From positions 6,138,001 through 6,202,000 of the forward strand of contig JAQFVV010000004.1 in assembly GCA_028023455.1 (NCBI GenBank): a stretch of DNA of 64,000 nt, written 5' to 3'. The notes under the pieces were generated by a model. It had not been told where the DNA came from. It made no database searches and saw only the letters and a program-made list of their open reading frames with translations. Both the position numbers and the translations under genes were made by a program. The stretch's first letter is position 1; every line of letters starts with the position of its first letter. The DNA comes from Epiperipatus broadwayi (lineage: Eukaryota; Animalia; Onychophora). Positions 50,193 through 63,716 of the stretch are shown here, piece after piece.

Positions 50193-50923
50193 AAATTTTT
50201 TTAAATTTGAAGTAGTTTTTCCCAAATGCCAAAGAAGTTTTATATAGCTCTTGGGCATCTTCTTTAAAGGAGTTTCTTTCTGTCTCTGACAGATCAATTT
50301 TTAACACTGTGGAATAAATTTATTTTCAATTTGGGTTTTCATCATCTGAATTGTTTTATATATTATTTTTATTACTTCTAATATGGTTATATTCTTCTTC
50401 TCAATTTTAAGAATTTGTTTATTAAAAATAGAAAATCATGGAACCAGTAAAATATAACTCATTTATCGGATTTTGAAAAAAGCATAAAATTATTACTCCA
50501 GATAAAAAATATTTCAGACCATCATACAATTCAATGATTTTTTGAATCGATTTACACAAACTTAATCATCTAGTTGTAGAGTGTGAAACTAGAGTTGAAT
50601 ATTAAATATGTAAGAAATGGCAAAATGTTTTCAACTTTTCTGTTCAGACTGTATATATCTATAAAAAATAGGATTTTTTTTTTACTGCAATGACTTCAAT
50701 ATCACATGGTAGCGTTTCAGTACCAAAATGTGCAGCGTTATGCAAGATGTGAGCATTACAACCCACATCCATTAAATTTTTGTTAATATTTTCACACAAT
50801 TTAAAAAATACATTACTTTTTCCTTTTCTATTCCATCTGCCAAAATTTGTGTTAGTGTTATTGGCTCCATAAACAATACATTTGCTGGAATCAATATTAA
50901 ATTCTTTGAAACTATTTGTCATT

Positions 50924-51203
50924 AATATATAGGGTATATGAACACAGACTTTCACACGACCCACCACTCTATCTCATAACACTGATACACTTGAACACAT
51001 ATGTCGAAAAGATAATTACCAATATACGTATTTCATGCTAAACCAGCAATCATCAGTTGGTCCATATCATCTCTATACATATATGCAATAAGTGCAGATA
51101 TATATCAAGATAGTCAATCTTCATATTTTAATGGACAGGCTTCAATCCACTCCACATTCCAACTGTCCATCCAATTGAAAATCTGATGGAATGCTCAAAG
51201 GCC
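50924..51203 (-). mobile_element. retrozyme family A copy inside the hAT transposase
   Basis: Reverse complement aligns to about 36787-37095 of the tandem array, including the hammerhead. Confidence 0.85.
51018..51061 (-). ncRNA. minimal type I hammerhead ribozyme (family A)
   Basis: ACCAA-CUGAUGA-UUGCU-GGUUU-AGCAU-GAAA-UACGUA-UA^UUGGU on the minus strand. Confidence 0.85.
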
Positions 51204-54200
51204 TTATAAATAGCATCTGATGTTTTATTTGGTAAATTATAAATTTTAAGTAACTTTACTTGCATTCCGTTTTCTTTGAAATAATAACGTACAATCAAGG
51301 GGAACATTTTAGTTGCATTATGATTACTTGCATCTGTGGATATACGGAAGAACTTAGCATTGTTTAAATCACTTTTAAGTTGTTATTCACACTGTGGTAC
51401 TTGCATAATTAACATGATAGTTTTAGTTTGTCCACATAAAAAATTTTGTGCAATTTTTGAGTCTGGAAAAATCTTAAGTAAATTATTAGTATAGTCTGCT
51501 GAACGAAATGATTGATAGTGCCAAACAATATAACATGCTGTTGTTAACTCACTTGCAGCAATGCTATTTCCTTCCACACTGTCCATTTTGTCTATGAAGC
51601 CATCTAGTTTTTTCAACATTGATGACCCTGAGTTAGGTATTTTGTATTTCTGACTGTTTATATGAGTTTTTACGTCAGATTTGTGAAACACTAATGTTAA
51701 CATTACACAATTCACATTTTGCTTTATAGTCATTGCATCCTTGTTTTATAAAACTCCATTCCTGTGTATATTCATTGGTGTAAGTACACTTCCTCTTTGG
51801 CATGTCATCTATTGTTTATGGTTATTCATATTCCTCTTAATTTTATCACTGCAGAAAATTAATATCAACAAAGAACTAGCAAAGCTACACTATCAATCGA
51901 AGCAAGTGCAAGCACAGTTCAAATTTTAGCCTAAAAAATCCAACTGCGCATGTTCCAAGATGAGGGTGGATGTGAGAGCGAATCTAGCTTGAGAACCTGG
52001 TCATAAACAGAGAAGGCAAACTATCATTTTTATAACAAATTATTTATGTTCGACAAATAATCATGAGTATTTGAAAATCAGGATATAAAAAATAGTCCTG
52101 AGAAGACATTTCAGGGTCACTGGAACATCTAACAAAAAATAAGGACAAATCCTGAAAAATCAGAACATCTGGTCACCCTATTCTCTGCTAATCCATTTGG
52201 ATGTGGGTGATATACGCATGATGTATCTTGTAGATACTGAAAAAGCAGCATAGTTTCTCCAGTAAAATCTGCTCTGTTATCCAATACTACCACTTCCAGA
52301 AACCCATTTATTGAGAAAATCATCTTCAAACACTTGTTTCCTGGGAACTAGTATTTTTTCACTATATGGCATTTAATCCATCTTGAATAAGCATCCATTG
52401 TTATCAATAAAAAAATTTCACTAACTGGTTCGGCATGATCAATGTGCATTTTTCCCCATGCTTTTGCTGCCTTCGGCCAGGAGGCAAAACATTTCACTGT
52501 CAATGCACTTTTTGACTGACATGCTGAGCAACTTTTAATGTAGTTTTCTATATCTGCATTAATTTGCAACCACCAAAGCTTTTGCATGTACTATACCTAG
52601 ATGCCCTTTGTGTAAGTTTTAAAACTTTACTACTTCCTGAAGGTGGTATAAGAATATCCCCCATTACTATGCACTCCCTACATTAAGATAAGTCCAAGAT
52701 CCTACTGATCATAACTAAGTCTAGTTTTGAGCCAGCCCTTCTTAATCCGGTTCATCAGAATATCCTTTTTTCTTCCCTAGTTCACTTTTGGACTGTATTA
52801 ATTTAGCAGTTGTGAGTTCATGCTGTCAATATAATTAACTTCAACCCCTGTATTGACTGGCTTTTGATTATCTGGAAATCTTGACAATGCGTATGCATGT
52901 GAGATGTCTTTACCCTTTTTATATTTTGATGTATAAATGTATGCAACTAACACCTTCCACCATCATAACATTCATGGACTTAAATTCTCAGATGCTGTAT
53001 GGTCATTTCCTAAAATCTCCAACAAAGATTTATGGTCTGTAATGATTTCAAAACTATACCCCAAAACAAACTTGATATTTCTTAACGGTAAAAATAACTT
53101 CATGCTCCCTGTTGAAATGCACCCAACAGCATATCTGATGGTGAAAGCTCTAGTTTTTTCAAACATCCTGTTTTGAGTTTCTGACCATATCCATCTTTGC
53201 CCTTTGTACAATAATTCATATAATGGCCTTGCAATTATAACATTATTCTTTAAAAATGGCTAAAAAAAAAATTTATTAGCCCTCACGTTCTTCGGCCTTT
53301 CAGCATTTTTACGAGCCCCAACTTCAACACTTAAAAAAAAAAAAAATTTCCTTTCTCTGAAATGCTGTGTCCCAGAAATTTTAACTCTTGGGTCTTCCAT
53401 ACACATTTTTCAAGATTTAGCTTATTCTTCACCTTAATTGTTCGCAAACTTTCAAAATTCTTGATCTTAACAATTCCCCAGACATCACTGTTATCAAAAT
53501 ATTGTAGTATGGTGTTACATCTTTAAACCCTTGTAACAATAAGTTCAACTTCACCTGAAAAATGTTGTGCTATATCAATTTTGAATGGTAAATGGTTATA
53601 TTTGAACAGACGAAATGGCATGGTTAAGGTCAAGATTCTTGCTGATTTCTCTGCTATTTTAATTAGATAATAGGCAAAGTTAAGGTCGAGTTTGGCAAAA
53701 AACTTTGCATTAGACAAACTCACTAAAACCTCTAACATTAGGTACCAGTTAAGCATTTTTATTAAGATATTTGTTCACTGTCACTCAGTAATCCCCCCCC
53801 CCCACATTCTGATTTGACCATTAGGGTCACTTATCATCACTATGGGTGTGGCCCATTCAGAATTTTCTACTAGGTTTAACATGCCTCTAGACACCAATGT
53901 TTTTAATTTTCCTTGACATCCCTCTGAGCAAACAAAATCTTTCATGGTTTACAAATAACTGGCCATAATGTTCATAAAGTTTTCACTTAATTCTACTTCT
54001 AGTGAGTTTGCCATTATTAATCCTGGCTTTTCCATGAATAACTCTGGGTACATGTTTAACATTTCCTGCTCAATAGAAATGTTTTTACCAATGAACACAC
54101 CTTAATCCCTAACTTATGAAACCAATCTCTGCTGATTATGGGACTTACTTGTCTTTTCACAATATAAATTAGCAAATAGCATACTTTGTCTCTGTATGAA

Positions 54201-57129
54201 ATTGGAGCATTTACCATTCCAACTAACATTGACTTTCCACTTACGTCCTTAACTGTGATGTCTTTTTCATTTTAACCTCTTTATACCCTTTTGGACACCA
54301 GTGAAGTACCTGAACAACTATCAATCGCATTGCAAGTTCTGTGCTACATAATTTAACTGTTAGCATTAATGTCATACTCTTTTTTTATATTAACTTTTTG
54401 TTTACCTTCCGTTTGGTTACGTCTCTTTTATCTTTTGACATTGCTTTTTGTCAAACTGTTGCCAAATGATCTCTATTCCCACAATTAAAACAGCTTTGGT
54501 ATTGCTTCGCTACTTCCTTTATAATTTCTCAGCAGCATATTTTTATCAGTTTTATAAACTGATTTCTGCCCTCTTCTTCTACTTCTAAATGTGAGAACTT
54601 GCTCAATTATTAATTCATACGCAATCCCTTTTTTGATTATAGTTTCATATGACAACTGTTTTAGCCAGCAAACTGTCTTAACCTTCCATCTGCCATTCCT
54701 CATAGCAATTGATCCAACAATATGTTTCTCATATACACTATACTGACAATTTTTTACTGACGTAATGCAATATCAAAATTCTTTATTTTCTCTTCTTTTG
54801 CCCATCTTCTATTTTGCAATGCCACCCTAGCAATATGTCAAGGTAGCCACAAGTTAAAATGCTGTTTAACTTATTTACTACCTCCTATCTCATTGTCTCG
54901 ATTATAGGTCCATCAAACAACTTGTTAATAATTTTTATTACTTTCCTCCCTGCCAAACACAATAGAATGGTTGTCTTCCTACTATTCTATATTATCATAT
55001 TGTGAAATTTTTTTAAATGAGTTACATATAAAGGCCATTCTGTTGCATTTTCTATCAATTGACCTATCAATATTTTACCCTTTGATTGCCTCTTTAATCA
55101 TTAAAATTTCTTGCCCATTCAACTCTTGATTGTACTATTTTTACCTTCACACTTTAATGCTACCTTCACTATCACTCTGTTCGAATTTCTGACTACCCAT
55201 TTTACTGTGGTGTATTCACCATCAACTTGAGAAATACCCCCAAATAATGAGATTATCTTAGACAAACAATATTTTATATGTTTGCAATATAGCAAAATCT
55301 GATTATATACACTTACACATAATGTATACATACGTATATCTCATATATAGATAGCCTCGGTTTCTAAATACATTTACAATACTCTTAAATTTACTGTCCC
55401 AAAATTACAGTTCTTCATTATTGCATTTCTCCTTCAATAACTCAGCTAAGTATGTTATAAGTTTTCCAATATTAAATCCTGATAGCCCTTTTGGCAGCTT
55501 ACAAAACAAAAATAAGATCAGGAGGATCTGTTTTAAAACTAGTCAGGTTTCTGTACCTTCAGATCCGAATCTCTAGGTTTACTCCTCTGGAAAATGACTT
55601 GCTACAGACAATACTAGTTACTAGAATACCAAAATTTACAAGCAAAGAAAAAAAGCACTTTATTGCTGAAATACTGAGTTTATATAGTCCGCAGTTTTTT
55701 TTCTTATCTGATATTTCTCATTACTTAAATTCCTTTGTTAAGAATTTAATTAATGTTACTTTCCAGATCTTCCATTTTAAGTTGTTTGATCTTTTTTCTA
55801 ATCAGTTCTCAAACTCACATTTCAATACTTTTTAATCAGTCTGTAATGAAACTTTCCAATTATGCAACTATTCTATCTTTTTAATATTAATAATTCCACA
55901 AGTCTATTGTCGATCAAATTTCTAAATACTTCTCTTTCTGTTTTCTTTCATTTGTACATTTAATCTTTTCTTTATTTTTTTGTTACTTCTGGAATATTCT
56001 TGTCAATAAAATAAATATTTATTCAGTGTATAAATACTATATTAACAAAGAATGCAGGTAACTTTTTTAAATTGAGAAATAAACATATTACTGATTAATA
56101 CTGTTAATGAATTAGATTCAGGGAGGTTTAATTCAGAGACAGTGGTTTCAAATATTTCAGCATATTCTCATAAAATTCTTCTGCAAGGAAGACATTTGAG
56201 ATATGACACAATATCACTGGCTGCTTCCTTTTCAACTTTGTTTACTCTTATTTTTCTCCAACAATCAGGTGTAAAGCCAATAAACATTGCATGATATCAA
56301 AATTTCTTATGCTTATTAGGTGTAGTTCCAACTTGTTTTCATAAGGATAGATGTCATATATGTACTGAACCATATTAAATTGCTATTTCATCCAGTTCTC
56401 CAAGTTTTTATTTAGTTTCAACCTTATAATGACCAACAAGTGAGTCAATTAGCTGCAAAACAATATCTACTTTTGTAATTGATTATTAGAAAATGCTCTT
56501 GAATAATTTTGCTTTGCGAAGATAAAATGACTTTAATTATATGAATCATTTTACAATTTAAAACATTCAATGTTGGAGCAGGGCTGAAGTAAAATAAAAG
56601 TAGAAAAGGTTTTCTTGTTCTTCTCTTAGCTGCATTTTTTCTTTAATTCAACTTTAGGCTTAGACTATTCAGGATGCAAATAGGCTCGGTTTTTCGTTGG
56701 GGTGAAAAAAACTTAATGAAGCAAAATAAGAGGAAAATTGGACAACATTCCTGTTTCCTCCAAAAGCAAACAAAAATTATTGGTTATGAAAAATGAATTT
56801 CTATGGAGAAAATAAAACTTAAAAAAGTGATAATGAATTAACATGTTACTAAGCATATTATTAATATAAAAAAATACTAACATATAGGTAAGTATACTAT
56901 ATAAAAATGTTTCCTTAGCTATAAGTTTTTTAAAAAAGTTTTGAGAATGATCACTCATAAATCATTTTTTAAAATGAATCATGTAGTAAAAATATGTACA
57001 TTTTAAAATTTATTTTTTCAAGACAACAAATCATGGAATTTATTTTTTATAGATGTAATAGAAATTAAATAAAAATTTGATAACAATGCAGTTGATTACT
57101 ATAGCTTTAATAATGTAATTTTTTTTTTT

Positions 57130-57830
57130 AATATCAATATTGTACTTGTTTTAAATGTTTGTGATAAAAGCCACCATTATCTTGAATGTCAAAAACAAAT
57201 TTTGAGATCACATATTTAAAATTGAACAAATAAATATTTTTAACTTATGCTTATTAATTTCTGATCATATAAAGTTGATTATTAACTGCATAATGCATGA
57301 AATAATTTTTTATCTTTTTTTTTTTGGCTCAAAATAATTTTCAATTATATATTTTGTTTTGGGAAAAATTAGTACTTCTAAGAATTTTAATCCAAAATTG
57401 ATTGAGTGAATATGTTTTAACTTATATATTTTAAAATTTAATATTAATATACTTTGCTGTTGTACATGACTTATCATTATTTTATATTGAATAAAATTTA
57501 TATATTTTTTTTTGCTGATACAATATTTTTGTATTTTTGCAGAAAAAAAAAATCAATATCGTGAATGAGATCGATTTAAAATTGAGCAATTAAATATTTT
57601 TAATTTCTATTTAGTAATCTCTGATTGTATAAAGTTGATTATTAACTATATAATTCACAAAATCATTTTTTAAAACTCAAAATAATTTGCAATTATAATG
57701 AATATATTTTTGCTACAGGCAAAATTAGAGTTCGTAATAATAACCTTAATCCATATATTTTAGCTAACACAAAAACATTTTAAAATTTATTATTAATGCA
57801 TTTTGTTATTATACATGATCAAAGTATGTT
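57130..57830 (+). repeat. old tandem duplication, period about 360 bp
   Basis: atttaaaattga(a/g)caa.taaatattttta and ataaagttgattattaact recur exactly 360 bp apart (57271 and 57631). Confidence 0.65.
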
Positions 57831-60800
57831 TTTGATTATGTAGAGTACTGAATGAATCATTTTTCTGCTTTTCTAGCCAGCAACAATGAAAATCTTTACT
57901 TTGGATATACCATTAATGAAAGCAGTGATTGTTTTGTAAGCTTATTGGATGACAATTAGATAAGTGCATTAATCATATTTTAATTCCAAAATTAAATCAT
58001 ATTGTATAATGAATAAACTCTGTACTATATTGTTAACATTTTATCCTTTGATGAAGTTGCTATCCTATGATACCACTTATCTTACAAAATGGCTACCATT
58101 TAAAAAAATAGCCATTTTAAAAAAAGTTTTGATTGTAAATGAAAATAGTAGATGCAAATTGATGATTTCTGTAACCGATCCTCACATAAAGGTCAATTGT
58201 GTTCAAGATGTTGTGAATCACTTTGGATACCCTTAAATAAAACAAAGATAAAAATGATAATTTTTTTATTTAATTGAAAAACTTCATTAGAATTATTTCT
58301 GACATTCATAATAATATATATTTATAATTTGGAATATTATTACAAAATTCTTGAATTTTTGTTGTGAAGTTTTAATAAATATGAAATAAAATTAAACTAT
58401 TGAAGCTCTTTAATTTAAATGTATCAAATATCACATTTTATAATCCAATGAATACTTTTCAGATGCATTCCATGTTAATAAAACATATAATGCTATACAA
58501 CCTACTAACTAATATCTAGTTATTTTTTAATCTGAAAATGTATATTTGTTAAAATAAGCTTACCTTATATTTATTTCCATTAACTGCTTTTTTCAATTAG
58601 TACTTTTCAAAATGTGTATATGGTTAATTCAGCTTATTTATATATATATCTTTGGATATGTTTATGAATATTAAACTAAAACAAAAACTGTGAAATTAAT
58701 AAACAATGGTTTATTTTGTACAAACAGTATTTACATGTTCAAAATACATAATTCACATAACGCATTGATTGTAGTTTTATTCAAATGGAGCCACAGTTAA
58801 GATAAGTGCAAAGTAGAATGTAAATATGTACAATACAGTAGTAATTGAAATTAAAAATTTTATTTTTGAATTTTTTTTTAAAATCTAAGGCATATATTAA
58901 ATAGCATTCAGCAAATTTGTATTTAAAAAAATTATTATTATTAATTTTTTTTTTTTTTACAAAATGTACACCATTTTTTGAAGTAAAAAATAATTGTTGC
59001 ACTGGGGTAACAAAAAAAAAAAATCTAAAAAAAAATATTTTTTTTCATTTGCATTTTTTTTGTTTATATATAGTAATGGCCACGCACACGCGCTTTCTTT
59101 ATCGTAACACAACTAGCAATGAAATGAAAAAAATGAATAAACTTAACAAGAATAGAGTCATTTCAACATTAAAGCAAATCACAAAGCAATGTTAGAACTT
59201 CTTAATGGGATACAATATTCCAGGAAAAGAGTGACCTTTTATTTTGAAAAGTTTTAAGTTCATAATAATTTATTATATAATAATTACCTGATGTGAAGAT
59301 TTTTGCTATTTCCCATTACTGTAAAACTTTTTTTTAAAACCTTATAAAAGCATAATCTTGATATATTAGTATTTAAAAATCGGTTATTAAAATGTTCACC
59401 TATTATCTAAAATTTCTGACATTTTTATTAGAGTTAAGAATTTTCTTAGAAAACATAATTTTAAGTTACCATTTATGTATTTGGCATTTTTTTAGTAAAT
59501 CCAAAAATATCTCATTTATATTTTTTATTATTATACAATTACTTACTAAAATACCTATATATATGTAAAACTTAATAATGCATATAGCAAATAAAGTGTA
59601 ATAAAAAATGAAATGCAATTTATACTATATGCCATTGTTTTGTCCTCTTATTAGCTATTAGTATGATGGTAAAATGTATGAATGAATTAATGTTTATGTT
59701 ATTGATTGCACAAAATTTCATTCTTCATTTTATATATATATATAATTATGAATAACTTTTTTTACTAAGAATATTAGGATACAAATTTAGAAATACATAC
59801 ACAAACACATGTATATAGTGACATATTATAATAAATAAAATTCATAAATGTAATCTAGAAATTGTAGTGAATCATATTATCTACATTAATACTATACAAT
59901 TTAAGCACACTGAACTTAAGAAAAAAAAATTATTTGTATATAAGGGTTGATAAAAATTATCCGCAAAGTACAAAGATAATCCTATGCTTTTTTTGTAGCA
60001 TAATAGCAATTCCCTTTTGCCTCAAAATTTTAAATCAAAATTTGCTTTCCAGAAAATAACATTCCATGTGGCTACATATACACATGTTGTAAAATGAAAT
60101 AAAAAACACAAAAATGAAACCTATAATTTGATCAAATTTATTATACTGTTCACTCTCAATTTCCAAAAGTTTTAAAATAATAGAAAGGTGCCAATGTATA
60201 TTAACATTTATTAGTTTTATTGAAATTAATATTTTAAGTTGGAAAAACATAGCAGTCTTGGAATTGAAGAAAATCTGTTGAGCTTAAATTTAATAATATT
60301 AACTGTAATATATAAAGAGCCTGCTACTAGCTCTAAACAAGCTTAATTATTTTATTTTTTATGATAAATGCTACAAGAGAAAATATATGAAGCTTTTATC
60401 TATGATGGTCCCCATCCCCAGACCGGATTCGAGCTATTTGAGTGTTTAACAAAAAGTTTAAAACTAAATGTTTTGAATTACTTAAGAAAAAGTAATAAAA
60501 TAAAATTTATTACAAATTCTCCATTAATTTTTATTTACAATGCTGGATAAGCAAGAGCTTAAAAAATATTCATTTTTATTTATTTCTTGTAGTGTGTCAG
60601 TTGTATAATTTTTTTTTTGTTCTATATGAATTTTCACTTTTTATATAAAAATCTTTAGAACCATATAGGAATTTTTTTTTAAAACTAGTCAATAAATAAT
60701 TAAAAAAAGTCTACAAATAATTAACATTAGTTATCACTAGAACTAAATGTATAGCTTAACAAAGAACAAAATACTTGTCCATGAATATTTTCATGGTTAC

Positions 60801-62364
60801 TTTTGAAATGTAAGGCCTGAAGTAAACAAAATGTTCTAATCATGATGGTTTATTTACATGTATAAATAGATTATGGGAAAAGTTTCCCATTATTACATTT
60901 TTCCGTGACATTTCATTCATCTTATTCGAATTCTAGCAATAAATTTGTACTATTTTACAGCTTCCATTTTTCCTAGATTACAAAATATGGTAATCATGTG
61001 AAATCCACATTAACAAGCACTACTAAATATTTGTTTTTACTGTTCGATGATATAATGATCCTTAAAAAAAGTGATACATCATGCCTAGCATTTTTATTAT
61101 TCATACATAATGTTTCTTTTTTTAAATTTAAAATTTCTTTCACCATTTCAGTTTGCCTCGTACAATGGTATTACCAACATGAATTATCAAAATTCTAGGT
61201 GGCTTTTTAAAATCATTTTTTCTCACTAAAACTTTTTTTTTTTTTGTAAACTATTATAAAATAAAGGAGTTTTAACAAATAGTTTATTCTAACCAGATTG
61301 TAGCAAGTAACGTGAAATATTGAGGTTATGGTAATAAGAAACCACATGCTTGATAGAATACAAAAATTGTATTTATATCTTTTGCCTGAGAATATATATA
61401 TATTGTCTTACTTTTTTTTCTCTGATTCTATTTTTAATAATTTGACTGTTAAACATATATACAGAAATATACTTATCGAAAGACCATAATTTATTAAACA
61501 TAATGAATGGAAATTACGTTTTATTAAAGTTTATACAATTATGGTTAAACCAGCGAAGTGACAAATGAATGCTATCCGATGCCATTGGTCATAAATAATG
61601 ATGAGAAATGTACAAGTTTTAGTTTGATCATATGAAAATATATATGTAATTAAAAAATATAAATTTAGTTTGATGATAAATATCTAAAAACATTTTTTAT
61701 AAAATCTAATTTTTACAAGAAAATATGTAAAAAAAAAATTTCATATTTACAATAAATTGATAAAAATACACTTTTAGAATGATTATATAAAAATTATATA
61801 TATTTTATAAGGTATTCATCATATTCTATGATTTTCTAAAATACAATTTTATAACAACTGTTAATTTATTTAACTCTGAAACAAATATGAGAGAGGGAAA
61901 ATGCTCAGAATTTAAGCAATGAAGTATTAAACATCTTACAGAATAACTTTCAAATTTATATTTTAACAAAAAAAAGTGATTAAAAAAAATCAAATGTTAT
62001 AAAAGTGAATTTTGACTTAGATGACTATATAGTACATGTGGGTACAAGAAAAAATTTTTTCTTTCTGGATTTTAGTAAATTATATTCATTAATAAAAAGA
62101 ACGACTTAAAATTCTTTAAAAATATATAAAATATTTTTTTTTTTAAAAAAAAAGCCTTATTAGGCTATAGTTGAATTATTTGGACCTGAGTAAAATAGTA
62201 CCAAGTTCAAAGGAATATTTTAATTTAAAATACTTTTTAATATGTTCGATTAATTTTGCATATATAACATCAACTATAGCATAGTACTTTAAAATTCAAT
62301 ATAAATTCAATTTCTAGTTAACTACAGTGAAAGATGACAAGCTTCTTTTTTTCCATATGTCAAA

Positions 62365-62436
62365 TGCATTGACTGGGGAGCAAACCCGGGCCAGCTGCTT
62401 AGAAGGCAGCTATGCTAACCGCTATGCCACCAACGC
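62365..62436 (-). pseudogene. tRNA-Gly(TCC)-derived pseudogene or SINE head
   Basis: GCGTTGGTGGCATAGCGGTTAGCATAGCTGCCTTCTAAGCAGCTGGCCCGGGTTTGCTCCCCAGTCAATGCA, 72 nt, colinear with eukaryotic tRNA-Gly-TCC; anticodon reads TCT and the B-box is mutated. Confidence 0.85.
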
Positions 62437-63389
62437 TTGACAATCTTTTGTCAAATTTATATATATATTATGACAATGTAATTATTTATATGTATATTAA
62501 TAAATATGCACATAAAATAGCTAATTTTACTTAAAATATTACATAAAATATATATAAAGTAACACATAATACATTTTATAAAAATAATAACAAGAATAAT
62601 ATATTTGAAATGCAAATTTTTACAAAATAACTTTTTTTATTTGTCAGTATGTTGTTAGAAAAATAAACAGTATCTATCTACTCACACACAAATGTATGCA
62701 TAGATTAAATTATGCAGACTCAAGTTTGCAAAAAAACATCAAGTGAGAAATTTAGATGGAAATGCCATTTACAGTCTTGTTATATATATATGCAAATATG
62801 TGCTAATTAATAATAATTAAATTTTTTTATCCAAAAATGCCAAAGAATATTAAGAAATATTTTATTCAGTACCACTTTATTAAAATAATTTAGTACCACT
62901 TCTATCCAACCAAAAAAACATTTTATGACTGAGATAGGGAAAGTATATATTAGTAACAAATATTTATTATGTATAATAAATCTTTTATAAGATTAATTCT
63001 GGTTTCATTATATATTTCTTTTTTTAATCTGTTGATATTTTTTATTTAAAAAATGAATACTGTATATATGCATTCATACATATTATTTCAAATTTACGAT
63101 AACAATTTTCTTAATGATATATTTTAGAATGAAATGCTTGTGTATGTATATCAGAATCTCTAAATTGAAGTTTTAATTTATGATGTAACTCTTAAATTAG
63201 AAATGATAAGATAAATTATATAAAAAATTGGCAAGTAATAGTAAACTATCATATAGTAATCTTGCTTGTAATACCCTATTATCTAGTTAACTCAACCCAT
63301 CTTTAGGAAGAGAATTTAATATATATATTCATAAATAGATTTTGCTTCTGATAAATAATAGTAATTCTTAAACACAAGATAGAAGTATA

Positions 63390-63716
63390 ATAACTACTCT
63401 TTCCTATTGCATTCCCTATTTTCAAACCATATAATACTAAATCAACCATGCACTTTACTACTGTTACACAATGCTTTATTTACCACCCTCTTTTACAGTT
63501 TCAATTGCCCCAGCAATCTTCTTCAGAAAAGTTATATCTCCTAATCTTAACTTTTTTTAAAATAAAAGTTGAGATTAGGAGATATAACGTTCTGAAGAAG
63601 ATTGCTGGGGCAATTGAAACTGTAAAAAAAGGTGGAAAATATAGCATTGTAAAAATAGTCAAGTGATTGGACAATTGAGTATTATATGGTAAACACAATA
63701 TAGAAAAGAGTAATTA
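63390..63716. repeat. foldback element, about 160-bp arms, inner about 70 bp nearly perfect
   Basis: ttttacagtttcaattgccccagcaatcttcttcagaa...atatctcctaatcttaactttt / aaaagttgagattaggagatat...ttctgaagaagattgctggggcaattgaaactgtaaaa; outer accatataatact / agtattatatggt. Confidence 0.88.

Larger units (their letters stand above)
49380..52180 (-). mobile_element. decayed hAT transposon nested in the Gypsy integrase
   Basis: Right terminus catctggtcacccta, left degenerate tagagcgatcaga with 2 x 29-bp subterminal repeat (49386-49443). ORFs HYQSFRSADYTNNLLKIFPDSKIAQNFLCGQTK, GCNAHILHN and MSCVELSDYIRGNKSLLKSV. TSD not recognisable. Confidence 0.8.
48042..56041 (-). mobile_element. full-length decayed Gypsy LTR retrotransposon with nested hAT insertion
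   Basis: Homologous LTRs 55206-56041 and 48042-48842; TSD ttaac both sides; PPT gaggggaggaag at 48843-48854. Domains in gag-PR-RT-RH-IN order: gag EWPLYV and CFNCGNRDHLATV*, protease IDSCSG, RT LSNAKFFAKLDL, RNase H ITDHKSL, integrase HKGH...CSAC, HIDHA...DAYSRW, PHPNGLAE; integrase resumes left of 49380 (TGKSLADLM). Confidence 0.9.
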
